A DNA stretch of 64,000 nucleotides. Origin: Polyangiaceae bacterium. Its GTDB lineage: Bacteria; Myxococcota_A; Polyangia; Polyangiales; Polyangiaceae. The DNA lies in NCBI GenBank assembly GCA_033763455.1, contig JANRKO010000092.1:32001-96000 (forward strand). Direction: 5' to 3'. How positions within the stretch are numbered: the stretch's first letter is position 1; every line of letters starts with the position of its first letter. A program made the translations under genes and the position numbers. The notes beneath the pieces were generated by a model that had not been told where the DNA came from, made no database searches, and worked only from the letters and a program-made list of their open reading frames with translations. Shown piece after piece: positions 38,802-48,368 of the stretch.

Positions 38802-39557
38802 ATGAGCGGTCATTCCAAGTGGGCCACAATCAAGCGTAAAAAAGGTGCGGCCGACGCAGCGCGGGGTAAGATTTTCACGAAGCTTGCGCGCGAGATCACG
38901 ACCGCGGCTCGGATTGGGGGTGCTGACGCTACCGGCAACGCACGGCTTAGGAAGGCTATTTCGGACGCCAAGGCTCAGCAGATGCCCGCCGAGAACATCA
39001 AACGCGCCATGCAACGTGGTACCGGGGAAATCGAAGGCGTTACGTACGACGAGGTGTTGTACGAAGGTACTGGGCCGCAAGGTACGCTCATTCTCGTGGA
39101 GGGAATGACGGACAACCGCAATCGCTCTGCGGCGGAGTTGCGCAAGATTTTTGAGCGTCACAATGGGTCTATGGGGGGCTCAGGCACGGCGCAGTGGGCG
39201 TTCGATCGGCTGGGGACGATTGTGCTCGATCGCTCCTCCGTTACTGAAGATCAGTTGATGGAAGCGGCAGTGAGCGCTGGGGCGGAAGATTACCGAGATG
39301 AAGGCGACGTTTGGGTCGTGTACACCCCGATGGATCAGCTCGATACGGTGACGGCGGCCATTGAGGCCGGAAAGCTTGCAGTACAGCAAAGCAAGCTCGC
39401 TTACGTCCCGAAGACGAAGAAGCAGGTGACTGGCCGCGATGCTGAGGTGTGCCTGAATCTTGTCGATGCGCTGGACGACCACGACGACGTTCAGAACGTC
39501 TACGTGGATTTTGACGTATCGGAAGAAGAATTAGCGCGCCTAGCAGAAGGCGTCTGA
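38802..39557 (+). CDS. yebC: YebC/PmpR (TACO1) family protein
   Basis: MSGHSKWATIKRKKG start; YEGTGP, TDNRNR and DDHDDVQNVY motifs. True start is ATG 38802. Confidence 0.97.
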   Translation: MSGHSKWATIKRKKGAADAARGKIFTKLAREITTAARIGGADATGNARLRKAISDAKAQQMPAENIKRAMQRGTGEIEGVTYDEVLYEGTGPQGTLILVEGMTDNRNRSAAELRKIFERHNGSMGGSGTAQWAFDRLGTIVLDRSSVTEDQLMEAAVSAGAEDYRDEGDVWVVYTPMDQLDTVTAAIEAGKLAVQQSKLAYVPKTKKQVTGRDAEVCLNLVDALDDHDDVQNVYVDFDVSEEELARLAEGV

Positions 39558-40226
39558 TCACATCCCCGGCAGTCGAAACTGCACTGCGGAAAAGTACGTA
39601 AACGCCATATGCGATACGATGATAGGCGTGAGGCGCCCGAGCTGGTTCGCGCCAAAGCTCCACACCAGCCCCGCTCCGAGTGCGGCGAATAGTACGAGCG
39701 GATTCGGTCCGGCTATGTTGTCACGCAGCAAGTAGACGGTCGGCAGATGGCACAGGCCATAAAGGAGCGCCGCTAAGGGCCATGCTCGCCGCCGCCCCAG
39801 CTTCTTAACCAGCTCATCCAATACAAGCCCGCGCCACACCAGTTCCTCTAGAAGCGGCAACAGCAGAAGGAGAGCAGTGAGTGACACCGATCGCTGGAGC
39901 GCATCTGGGCTACCCACCTGAAGGTAAAGCCGGAGCAACCACGCAGCTTGGGGTGCGCCCATGGGAGCTAGGTGGGAGCGCCCAAACCACGTCCCCAGCA
40001 AGAGTAGGCCCCCAATTAACGCTCCTAGTGCCAAATCTCCCCCCCTCGGCACTAACTTTTTGGCAAGCGTACCCGCCCGAAGCATGTGCCGGATCGCAAG
40101 CGCAGAAAGGACAGCGTACGCCCCGAGTAGTGGCGCCCAAAAAAGCCAGGAGCCCGCAAAGCTAGGCTGAAAAGCGACTGCTACGGCGAGAGTTACGGTG
40201 GCACAGGTGAGTAGGACGTACTTCAT
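39558..40226 (-). CDS. CPBP (Abi/CAAX) family intramembrane glutamic protease
   Basis: EELVWRG, GLCH and VSH motifs in a hydrophobic protein. Confidence 0.9.
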   Translation of the reverse strand: MKYVLLTCATVTLAVAVAFQPSFAGSWLFWAPLLGAYAVLSALAIRHMLRAGTLAKKLVPRGGDLALGALIGGLLLLGTWFGRSHLAPMGAPQAAWLLRLYLQVGSPDALQRSVSLTALLLLLPLLEELVWRGLVLDELVKKLGRRRAWPLAALLYGLCHLPTVYLLRDNIAGPNPLVLFAALGAGLVWSFGANQLGRLTPIIVSHMAFTYFSAVQFRLPGM

Positions 40227-40286
40227 ACGCTGCTGGTGCTTTCCTCTGCGAGTGCTTGCGCCTCTTGGTGAGAGCTGGTGCTTTCT

Positions 40287-41531
40287 CTAGCGAATGCTGA
40301 TGTTTTCTTTGGCGAATGCTTGTGCCACCCGATCCAGAATGCGATGAGCTAACTCACTTTTGGAAAGTGTCGGCAGGGCTTGCTCACCGTTTGCGGTAAC
40401 GAGAAAGGCGCGGTTGGTTTCAGTTCCAAGCGCTTCCTGGGCTACGTTGGCTACCACCAGATCGACGCCCTTGGTGGTTAATTTGTGGCGTGCCTGTTCG
40501 AGCAGCCGCTCATCGGAGCCCGTTTCAAGTGCGAAGGCCACGAGTATTGGCCATGAGCCTTGGCGTTGCTTGGCAATGGTGGCGATCAGATCGGGATTGG
40601 CTTTTAGTTTGAGCTCAAGCGTGGAGCTCTTCTTCAGCTTCTCCGTGGATTGTATTTCTGGGCGAAAATCCGCAACGGCGGCCGCCATGATGAGCGCATC
40701 GGCGTTCGCCAGGGCTGGGCCCATGTGTTGCTCTAGGGCCTCTTGCATCTGTAGCGCCGTTTCCACCTGGGTGATCTGAACGCCTGCCGGGCTCTCCAAA
40801 TGCACGGGCCCACTGATGAGAGTCACAGTTGCTCCGCGCTCGCGCGCAGCTTGTGCTAACGCGTAGCCCATTTTTCCGGTTGATCGGTTGCCGAGATAAC
40901 GCACCGGGTCGAGCGGCTCTTCGGTGGGGCCTGCTGTGACAACGAAGCGCTTGCCCAATAGATCTTGAGGTTGAAAAGCTCTAGCAAGAGCTCCCACGAT
41001 CGCCTCGGGCTCAGCCATTCTACCAAGGCCCACATCGCCCGAGGCCACCGCTCCGTGAACTGGCCCAACGAAACGCACGCCATGCAGCTCGCTCAACCGA
41101 CGGACATTTTCTAGAGTTGCGGGGTGAGCCCACATATCTGGGTGCATCGCGGGTGCCACCCACACCTGACAGCGAGCAGAAAGCACCGTCGCTGAAAGTA
41201 AATCAGATGCGCGGCCACCAGCTAACTTCGCGAGGGTGTCGGCTGTGGCAGGCGCTACCAGCAAAAGCTCCGAGCGCTGGGCTAGGGTTACGTGGAGCTC
41301 GCCCGGCGACCCGGCGTCGAACAAGGCTTGATGAATCGGCTTGCCCAGGAGGCCCGAGAAGGTGGAAGCTCCCACAAACTCGGTGGCGTGCTCGCTGAGG
41401 ATAACCTCCAGCGAAGCGCCCGCTTGCTGAAGCAAGCGCAGGAGCTGAACCGCTTTGTAGGCCGCCACGCTTCCCGTAACACACAGCGTTATACGGCGCC
41501 CGGCCAATAGCCTATGTTCGAGGGAAACCAT
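40287..41531 (-). CDS. coaBC: Bifunctional phosphopantothenoylcysteine decarboxylase / phosphopantothenate-cysteine ligase
   Basis: Motifs VTGSVAAYKA, APATA, APAMH, GRMAEP, TAGPTEEPLDPVRYLGNRSTGKMG and AAAVADF. Start moved to ATG 41531. Confidence 0.97.
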   Translation of the reverse strand: MVSLEHRLLAGRRITLCVTGSVAAYKAVQLLRLLQQAGASLEVILSEHATEFVGASTFSGLLGKPIHQALFDAGSPGELHVTLAQRSELLLVAPATADTLAKLAGGRASDLLSATVLSARCQVWVAPAMHPDMWAHPATLENVRRLSELHGVRFVGPVHGAVASGDVGLGRMAEPEAIVGALARAFQPQDLLGKRFVVTAGPTEEPLDPVRYLGNRSTGKMGYALAQAARERGATVTLISGPVHLESPAGVQITQVETALQMQEALEQHMGPALANADALIMAAAVADFRPEIQSTEKLKKSSTLELKLKANPDLIATIAKQRQGSWPILVAFALETGSDERLLEQARHKLTTKGVDLVVANVAQEALGTETNRAFLVTANGEQALPTLSKSELAHRILDRVAQAFAKENISIR

Positions 41532-41616
41532 GCCAACACTTCTAGCATGGAGGCCAAAGCTCGCGACAGTTTCGAGCGGGGGACCGGCGAGCATTAGTGG
41601 CTGGGGTGCCTGATTC

Positions 41617-43860
41617 TTAGCCTAGGCCTAACCAAAGGCCTCCTTGGTAGACCAAGAAGCTTGCCGCATAAGCAAGCGCAGTCATGTAAGCTAGCATGAA
41701 GGCGGGCCAACGCCAGCTGCGTGTTTCTCGGTGCACCACGGCCAGGGTGCTCATGCACTGGCAAGCGAGCGCAAAAAACACCAGCAAAGAAAGCCCCATT
41801 AGCGGCGTGTAGCTGGGCTTCCCGAGCGGCGTCTTCTCGTTGCGAATACGCTCCCGAAGCGAAAGCGCGTCGCCATCTGTGTCCCCGATGCCATAGACTA
41901 ACCCGAGTGTTGAAACGAACACCTCGCGCGCGGCGAATGCGCCGATTAGCCCCACGCCGATCTTCCAATCGAATCCTAGCGGTGTAAGCGCGGGCTCAAT
42001 GAACTTGCCAAGCCTGCCTCCGTAGCTCTGTTGGAGCTGACGTTGAGCATGTTCGGCTTCAATATCCGCTGGCACTAAGTGAGGCGTGCTGTCCGCTGCT
42101 TTTGCTGCCGCCATGCTCGTAGCAGGTGTAGGGGCCTCGTGGGGTCCTACCTTCGGAAACGAGAGGAGCCCCCAAAGCACCACGGTGCACACCAGGATCA
42201 CTCCGCCTGCTTCGCGCAGGAAGGAGAGCGAGCGTTGCCACACCATCCGGAGCACAATCGCGGCTTGCGGGAGCCGATATGGAGGCAACTCCAAAATGAG
42301 GGGAATTCGGCGTCCCCGCACTACCGTGCGCCCGAGCACCCAGGCGCAAAAGAGCGTCATTACCAGCGCGAACACGTACATGCTCACCATGAGCGAAGCT
42401 TGCACCGGCACCCAACCGAAAGCCTTGGGGAAAAGTGCCCCAACAATCAGGGTGTAAACCGGTAGCCGCGCCGAACACGTCATGAGCGGAACCACAAGCA
42501 TGGTGAGCAAGCGATCGCGCCGCCGCTCCATGGTGCGTGTTGCCAAAATAGCCGGTACCGCGCAGGCAAAGCCGGAAAGCATCGGGACGAACGCACGCCC
42601 GTGAAGGCCTAGTGATTTCATGACGCGGTCCATGAGGAACGCGACGCGAGCCATGTAGCCCGAGTCTTCCAGGATCCCGATGAACATGAACAACAGGGCG
42701 ATCTGCGGCAAAAATACGATCACGTTGCCCACCCCGCCGAGCACGCCCTCTGTCAGTAGATCACGGAGGGTGCCATCGGGCAGCCACTTGGCGGCGAACT
42801 CTTGAGCCAGCACTACAGCCTGTTCAATCAATCCAATCGCGGGATCGGACCAGCTGAACAGCGCCTGGAACACTAAGAGCATCACCAGCAGGAACACTGC
42901 AAAGCCAGCCACGGGATGGAGCAGAAATCTGTCCACACGTTCCGAAGCGAGCGCTCCTCGGGTGCTTGCTTCCGGATTTTGGTAGAGGCTCCGCGCGTGT
43001 TGATCGAGAAACCCGTAGCGAGCCACGATGATTTCCTGATCCAGATCGCGCGCCACGGCCTCCTTTCGAACGTCCAAGCAGCGTTCTCTGAGCTCCGAGC
43101 CAATGTCAGAAAGCTCATCGTCTTCGTCGACGCTTGAAAGGGCCCAGAGCGCCAGCGCTCGGTCACGTTCGACGTTGCTTTTCCAAACTGCCGGTAGTGC
43201 GTCGGCTACACGGTCCCGATCACGCTTCAGCGGGGCAGGGTAAGCAACCTCCACTCGGCCTTCTGGCGGCTTTGCGAGGGCCTCTAATATGGCAGCTTTT
43301 AGCGCATCGGCGCCCAGGCCCGTGCGCCCATTGGTTGGAATGCAGGGCACACGGAATAACGCCCCAATGGCAGCTGCATTCGGTGGATCGTGCGTCACCT
43401 CATCCACCATGTTGAGGGCGATCACCAGCGGGACCTTCAGCTCCACCAATTGCAGGGCCAGGTAGAGGTTCCGGATCAGCTGCCCGGCATCCACTACGAA
43501 CACCACAAGATCTGGCTTCGGGTGGCCGAAGAGGCCGATGACAGAACCTATGGCGATTTGCTCCTCGGGAGAACGCGCCGCAAGAGAATAGGTGCCGGGT
43601 ACGTCCACCACCTCGGGCGCACTCGATGGATCACCGAAATCCAAACGACCTGTTAGGCGCTCAACCGTAACACCCGGATAGTTGCCGACGCGCGCACTTT
43701 GCCCAGTAAGGCGATTAAACAGGCTAGTTTTCCCGACGTTCGGGTTCCCAACCACCACTACCACCGGGCGCCTTGCAGGCCCGGCTACAGGCTTCGGCTC
43801 ATGCGAAGGGCTCTTGGGGACTTGAGAAGCGGATTCCGCTGGTTGGTTCCACGTGGACAT
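41617..43860 (-). CDS. feoB: Ferrous iron transporter B
   Basis: G-motifs GNPNVGKTS, NYPGVTVE, DVPGTYSL and NMVD; membrane domain with LEDSGYMAR and CSARLPVY. Confidence 0.98.
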   Translation of the reverse strand: MSTWNQPAESASQVPKSPSHEPKPVAGPARRPVVVVVGNPNVGKTSLFNRLTGQSARVGNYPGVTVERLTGRLDFGDPSSAPEVVDVPGTYSLAARSPEEQIAIGSVIGLFGHPKPDLVVFVVDAGQLIRNLYLALQLVELKVPLVIALNMVDEVTHDPPNAAAIGALFRVPCIPTNGRTGLGADALKAAILEALAKPPEGRVEVAYPAPLKRDRDRVADALPAVWKSNVERDRALALWALSSVDEDDELSDIGSELRERCLDVRKEAVARDLDQEIIVARYGFLDQHARSLYQNPEASTRGALASERVDRFLLHPVAGFAVFLLVMLLVFQALFSWSDPAIGLIEQAVVLAQEFAAKWLPDGTLRDLLTEGVLGGVGNVIVFLPQIALLFMFIGILEDSGYMARVAFLMDRVMKSLGLHGRAFVPMLSGFACAVPAILATRTMERRRDRLLTMLVVPLMTCSARLPVYTLIVGALFPKAFGWVPVQASLMVSMYVFALVMTLFCAWVLGRTVVRGRRIPLILELPPYRLPQAAIVLRMVWQRSLSFLREAGGVILVCTVVLWGLLSFPKVGPHEAPTPATSMAAAKAADSTPHLVPADIEAEHAQRQLQQSYGGRLGKFIEPALTPLGFDWKIGVGLIGAFAAREVFVSTLGLVYGIGDTDGDALSLRERIRNEKTPLGKPSYTPLMGLSLLVFFALACQCMSTLAVVHRETRSWRWPAFMLAYMTALAYAASFLVYQGGLWLGLG

Positions 43861-43878
43861 TAGGTGTGGTGGCGAGCG

Positions 43879-44184
43879 TCAAACGCTGAGCCCAACCTCA
43901 AGTCGCGTGCTGCCGGGAGATGTGTTAATCTGAGGCCGAGTTTCCACGCCGTTCACGTTCGACGAGGCGTTCACGTCGATAAAGGTGGCTTCGGCGCGCC
44001 GAATGGAGAGCGTGCAGCCGCGCACTCTGAGCTTGAGAGGATCACCCAATGGCGCCACTGCTAAGAGCTCCACCGCCGTACCAGGAACCAATCCGAGCTC
44101 CATCAAGCGCCTACGGAAGCCACGTTGGCCCCCGACAGTCTCGATGGTCACGGTCTGCCCAATTCGCACGTCGCCGAGGTTCAT
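43879..44184 (-). CDS. feoA: Ferrous iron transport protein A
   Basis: RRLMELGLVPG...APLGDPL...LSIRRAEA; directly upstream of feoB. Confidence 0.96.
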   Translation of the reverse strand: MNLGDVRIGQTVTIETVGGQRGFRRRLMELGLVPGTAVELLAVAPLGDPLKLRVRGCTLSIRRAEATFIDVNASSNVNGVETRPQINTSPGSTRLEVGLSV

Positions 44185-44205
44185 AGCTCAGAGAAGCGTA
44201 GCTCA

Positions 44206-44224
44206 ATTGAAAACGACTTTCAAA
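44206..44224. promoter_or_regulatory. Putative Fur box upstream of feoAB
   Basis: ATTGAAAACGACTTTCAAA is an AT-rich dyad resembling TGAAAAT-N-ATTTTCA, about 21 bp before the feoA ATG. Confidence 0.7.
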
Positions 44225-44304
44225 TTCGATTCCTGAGCCGCGTGAAGCGGGCGCGAAGTTCTTGAAATTCCTTTAAATTCCAAATGGTTACGGTGGTAGC
44301 GAGG

Positions 44305-44817
44305 CTAGTTGCCGCCGGCCGCGCCACCGTTACCAGCCGCCCCTGCCACTCCGCCCGAGCCGCTGCTGCCACCCGTTGAAGCGCCGCCGGCTGTTGAGCC
44401 ACCCGTTGAAGCGCCACCCGTTGAAGCACCTCCCGTTGAAGCACCGCCGCTTGAGGAACCACCCGTTTCAGCTCCTCCGGTAGCCCCACCACCGGTGCCA
44501 CCTGTGTTGATAGCGCCCCCCATCCCCATACCCGCTGCCCCCGCCATTGCCCCACCTGCGCCGTTCATCCCCGCTAAACCACCTGCTCCGCCGCCCCCTG
44601 GGCCGCTCCCCGCCATCCCGCCCATGGCTGCCGGTGCGCCCCCGCTCATTGCGTTCATTCCGCCAGAATTAGCCATGCTTTTCCCCCCGGTGCCGCCAGC
44701 ACCCATCATCAGCTCGCCGATTTTATCCCGATCCACGTCCGTGATGAGCGTGCAACCAACGGCCAGAGCGAGTGCCGACATCCCCGCAACCCAATAAGCT
44801 TTTGTTCGGTTTTGCAT
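44305..44817 (-). CDS. Gly-rich low-complexity lipoprotein
   Basis: Start ATG 44817 (MQNRTKAYW...LAVGC); remainder is Gly/Ala/Met/Ser with STGGA tandem repeats. Confidence 0.75.
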   Translation of the reverse strand: MQNRTKAYWVAGMSALALAVGCTLITDVDRDKIGELMMGAGGTGGKSMANSGGMNAMSGGAPAAMGGMAGSGPGGGGAGGLAGMNGAGGAMAGAAGMGMGGAINTGGTGGGATGGAETGGSSSGGASTGGASTGGASTGGSTAGGASTGGSSGSGGVAGAAGNGGAAGGN

Positions 44818-44970
44818 GGTTCGTATTCTTCCGGCCGCAAGCTGAGCACAGTTTTCGGGCCCATGGAACCCAGCTGGGGAGCGCTGGGCGGCCGCCCCGT
44901 CGCCGTCGCAGTCCCGTCGCTCGAATGCCCAGAGACAGTCGCCGCAACTTGCGGTAAGGGAGCCCCCAAC

Positions 44971-45056
44971 GGCCCCTTGGCGGAACGGCAGACGCGGGGG
45001 ATTTAAAATCCCTTGTTCGCAAGAACGTGCCAGTTCAAGTCTGGCAGGGGCCACCA
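44971..45056 (+). tRNA. tRNA-Leu (anticodon TAA)
   Basis: Acceptor stem GGCCCCT/AGGGGCC, discriminator A, CCA; anticodon arm GGGGA-TTTAAAA-TCCCT; long variable arm; TTCAAGT T-loop. Confidence 0.97.
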
Positions 45057-45152
45057 GGTTTTCCAGCTGCCCTAAAGGGCCAGCTGAAGGTTCGGCCGGC
45101 GCAAAAAGTCTGCTAGAGTCCCGCGTTGGCTTACTTGGGCCCGAGCTGAATT

Positions 45153-48100
45153 ATGGCTTCTTCAACGCAATCCTGGTGGTCGGTCCTTCGGTTACTGTTG
45201 CTTGCGGGCATCGCCGCTGCGGGAGTCGGGGTGGCGTGCTCCGACAAAGCGAAGGTGCAGTCGGCGGAGCTGGGGGGGCTTGAGGGTAAGGCCGTGGCGG
45301 GGACGTCGCCGTGTGTCGACGGTATGCGCCGAGCCTGCAGTGTGACGCTCGGGGAGCAAAACGGCGTGCTGAGCTGCCTTAAGGGGAGTCAGGAATGCCG
45401 AGCGGGTCAGTACGGGTCGTGTGTTGGGACGGAGCAGTACGAGGCCGTCGCGCCCGGCGGTTCGACGACGCAGCCTCTGCACACGCTTACTCTTACGACG
45501 GGAGCGTGCGGCATGGCCAATCCGTGTGATCCCACCTGCCAGTTCTTGAGGGAAACACCAGCCTCGCCGATCGAACCGACACAAACGATGGTTAACGTTG
45601 TCCCCAAAATGGGGTCTATCCTCGACTATCCCGCTGCGACCCCAGGTGTGCCCCAGCCATGCAGAGCCCCTACGGATTGCCAGCTCGGCATGACCTGTGA
45701 TGCGCGGTTTGAAGTGTGCGTTCCCAAGCTTGATGGCGCGGTTGACGCGGGGTGCGCCACCTATGATCTTGTGGTCGCGCCCACGTGTAGCGATGCTGGC
45801 GTATCGGTTATCTCCGTCTGCAACCGAGGCTCAGCCACCTCACCGGTTGGAATCAAGCTGGTGCATGTTGCCCCAGGGCAGATCGGTGCTTCCATGCCGA
45901 GCTTCGTGGGGGCAACGCCGTGCGCCACAGTGCCTGCGATTGCTGCAGGCAAGTGTGTTGAAGTCAACGGGTGTCCGGGGCTCGCTGCTGGCCGAGAAAT
46001 CGTGGTGAATCCGCAGGACGGAACGCAGAACGCAACTGAGTGCAATGTGGGGAATAACTGGTCCGTATACAACGCCGGCGCGTGCAACGTACCGCTTTGC
46101 ACGGCGGGTTACGCGACGGGTCAGCGCAACGGGACTTGCGTGCTTCCGCTCTCCCGGACCCAAACACCAACCGAGCTTCTTGGTCTTTGGCACTTCGATG
46201 AAAACGCCGGCGCGCTGACGAAGGATTCCAGCGGCAACGGGAACGGGGGCGTTCTATGGCGGGCACCGCCTGGCCCTTCTGGCTGGGCTGCGCCTGGCAA
46301 GCTCGGCGCAGCCGCGCTCAACGCGTATCCGTATGGGCTGGATCCGATAACGGACACGAATTACGAGGCGAATTACGCGGATATGGGGTTCGTGGACTTC
46401 GGGGCCCTGGACGCCGTGAGCGTAGCGCTTTGGATGCGCTACACAAATACCGCTGCCAACAGCACCGGTGGCATCGCCTCTCACATGGAGAAGGTCCTGG
46501 CCAGTCCTTACCCGTTCAAGGGTTGGCAAATCCTTCGCAATGATCAGGGGATGATACAGGTTGAGCTCGCCGGTCCAGCTCGTACGCTCACGACGGCCTA
46601 CGTAACTGCGCCCCCGGCCTCTACGACCCAGTGGTCTCACGTGGCCTTCACGTGGAGCTCAGCCACCGCCCAGTTGCGTGTCTATATTGACGGTGTACTG
46701 CTCGCTACGGTCGCCCACGCTGCTTCTGACTTGGGATCTGGAAGCGTTCCGCTCACCATTGGTCGGAGTGCTAACGCTGCGCACGAAGCGTTCTTGGGGC
46801 AGATCGATGAAGTGAGCGTCCATCGGGGCGTGCTCAGCGATGCCCAGGTCCTGCAAATGGCGCAAAAACCGCCATCGCCCGCGTTGGTAGCGGGGACGCC
46901 TACCTCTGCACGCGTGAAGTACACGCCAAGGGCTCAGCTGCTGCAGAAGTGCAACAGTCCCGGTACGGAGCCGTCCGGTCAATCCAGCTTAGAGGCAGCT
47001 TGGGGCAACAAGTGTTACCGGTCCTCAGAGGATGAGGGCAATTGGGCTAACTGTGAATCGACGTTTTGTGCTCGATCGAACGAACATTTGATCTCGCTCA
47101 ATCGGCCTGAAGAACAGGCGTTCCAGACCCAGTGGTTGGCCGCTCAAAACACGCCGAATCTCCGGACGTGGATCGGCTACGATGGCCGCTTACCTGCGGC
47201 ACCCTTAGATGGGACCTACCGTTGGACAGATAACAGCTGCAACGTGTGGACCAACTGGGCGTCCGGCCCGCCGCAGCAACCCGATGACGCGTCCAGCGCT
47301 GTTGTTCACCAGGAGGATTGTGGTGTGATCAGGCCGGAGTTCGATCCCGTCGGCTGGCGCGACCTATCTTGCAATACAGGGCTTACCCCCGCCCCTGTTT
47401 GCGTGTGCGAGCGGGCGCCGGACCTTCAAGGGCCCTGTGCGGCCGGGCAGCAGTCGGGTCCGAATGGATCTTGTTATCAGCTGGTACCGACGGCGGCGAC
47501 CTACACAGCTGCAAAGGCTGCTTGCGCAGTCAAAGGCAAAGGATGGTCGCTTGCCACCATCACCTCAGAACAAGAAAACAACTTCGTCGCTGGCATGTTG
47601 GATTGTACCCAAGCATGGATAGGCAAACCGCTTGGCTACACCGCGGCGTTTCTCGCGGGCGAGCCCAACCCGGCCGCGGTCGCGGGCGTGAGCGACTGCC
47701 CGCGCACCAACAATCTGGGCCGCTGGCTGGTTGATTCCTGCGCTGCTGCGCGTGCCTACGTGTGCGAGGGGCCGCCCGCTGCGGGCGCTCCCGAGGACCT
47801 AACCCTGGTTGCAGGCCCGGCCAACTGCACCGGGAATAACCAGTATTACCTCGACAATCCTACCGCACCCACCTTGATGTTTCTTTGCCCCGCCATGTGC
47901 GCTCGCATCCAGGGCACTCCGGGGGACGTGACCTACGAGTTCGGTTGTGCCATCCCGCCACCGGTGGTCCAGACATTCCCGAAGTCTTTCACCGAGACGT
48001 ACACTTCTGACTGCCCCGCTGGAACGCAAGTCCAGTGGTCCTTCTTGCGTTATCAAACGTCAACGCCAGGCAACTCGAATGTGGTCTTCGAGGCGCGAGC

Positions 48101-48356
48101 GGCGGCAGATGCAGCTAGCCTTGGGAGCGAAACTTTCGTTCCACTGGTTACGGCGGCACTCATGCCGACTGACACCCAGGTTTGTGGCTTTGGCGCGCAG
48201 GCGGCCTGCACGGTGGATCTTTTTGACAAGCTTAAGGTGGACTTCAATCGCGACGCGGTGCTTGAGCTCAAGGGTACCGTTAATCCGGGAAGCAGTAACG
48301 AGCTCTCGTCGCTTCAGAAGTGGGAAGTGACGTATTCTTGCCCGGCCGCCCAATAG
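45153..48356 (+). CDS. Large lipoprotein with LamG/ConA-like domain and two C-type lectin domains
   Basis: Lipobox GVAC; LamG segment (GLWHFDE...WSHVAFTW...YIDG...GQIDEV); CTLD1 (KCY...WIG...QPD...EDC...WRD...C) and CTLD2 (SCY...WIG...EPN...YVCE). Confidence 0.9.
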   Translation: MASSTQSWWSVLRLLLLAGIAAAGVGVACSDKAKVQSAELGGLEGKAVAGTSPCVDGMRRACSVTLGEQNGVLSCLKGSQECRAGQYGSCVGTEQYEAVAPGGSTTQPLHTLTLTTGACGMANPCDPTCQFLRETPASPIEPTQTMVNVVPKMGSILDYPAATPGVPQPCRAPTDCQLGMTCDARFEVCVPKLDGAVDAGCATYDLVVAPTCSDAGVSVISVCNRGSATSPVGIKLVHVAPGQIGASMPSFVGATPCATVPAIAAGKCVEVNGCPGLAAGREIVVNPQDGTQNATECNVGNNWSVYNAGACNVPLCTAGYATGQRNGTCVLPLSRTQTPTELLGLWHFDENAGALTKDSSGNGNGGVLWRAPPGPSGWAAPGKLGAAALNAYPYGLDPITDTNYEANYADMGFVDFGALDAVSVALWMRYTNTAANSTGGIASHMEKVLASPYPFKGWQILRNDQGMIQVELAGPARTLTTAYVTAPPASTTQWSHVAFTWSSATAQLRVYIDGVLLATVAHAASDLGSGSVPLTIGRSANAAHEAFLGQIDEVSVHRGVLSDAQVLQMAQKPPSPALVAGTPTSARVKYTPRAQLLQKCNSPGTEPSGQSSLEAAWGNKCYRSSEDEGNWANCESTFCARSNEHLISLNRPEEQAFQTQWLAAQNTPNLRTWIGYDGRLPAAPLDGTYRWTDNSCNVWTNWASGPPQQPDDASSAVVHQEDCGVIRPEFDPVGWRDLSCNTGLTPAPVCVCERAPDLQGPCAAGQQSGPNGSCYQLVPTAATYTAAKAACAVKGKGWSLATITSEQENNFVAGMLDCTQAWIGKPLGYTAAFLAGEPNPAAVAGVSDCPRTNNLGRWLVDSCAAARAYVCEGPPAAGAPEDLTLVAGPANCTGNNQYYLDNPTAPTLMFLCPAMCARIQGTPGDVTYEFGCAIPPPVVQTFPKSFTETYTSDCPAGTQVQWSFLRYQTSTPGNSNVVFEARAAADAASLGSETFVPLVTAALMPTDTQVCGFGAQAACTVDLFDKLKVDFNRDAVLELKGTVNPGSSNELSSLQKWEVTYSCPAAQ

Positions 48357-48368
48357 CAGGAGCCACCG

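Noticed and set aside
38407..38829. 140-aa minus-strand ORF in the repeat-rich gap
   Set aside because: Its translation merely reflects the tandem repeats, it overlaps the yebC start, and it has no protein-like features.
44818..45054. N-terminal extension of ORF 44305-45054
   Set aside because: It overlaps tRNA-Leu on the opposite strand, and the signal peptide starts at 44817.
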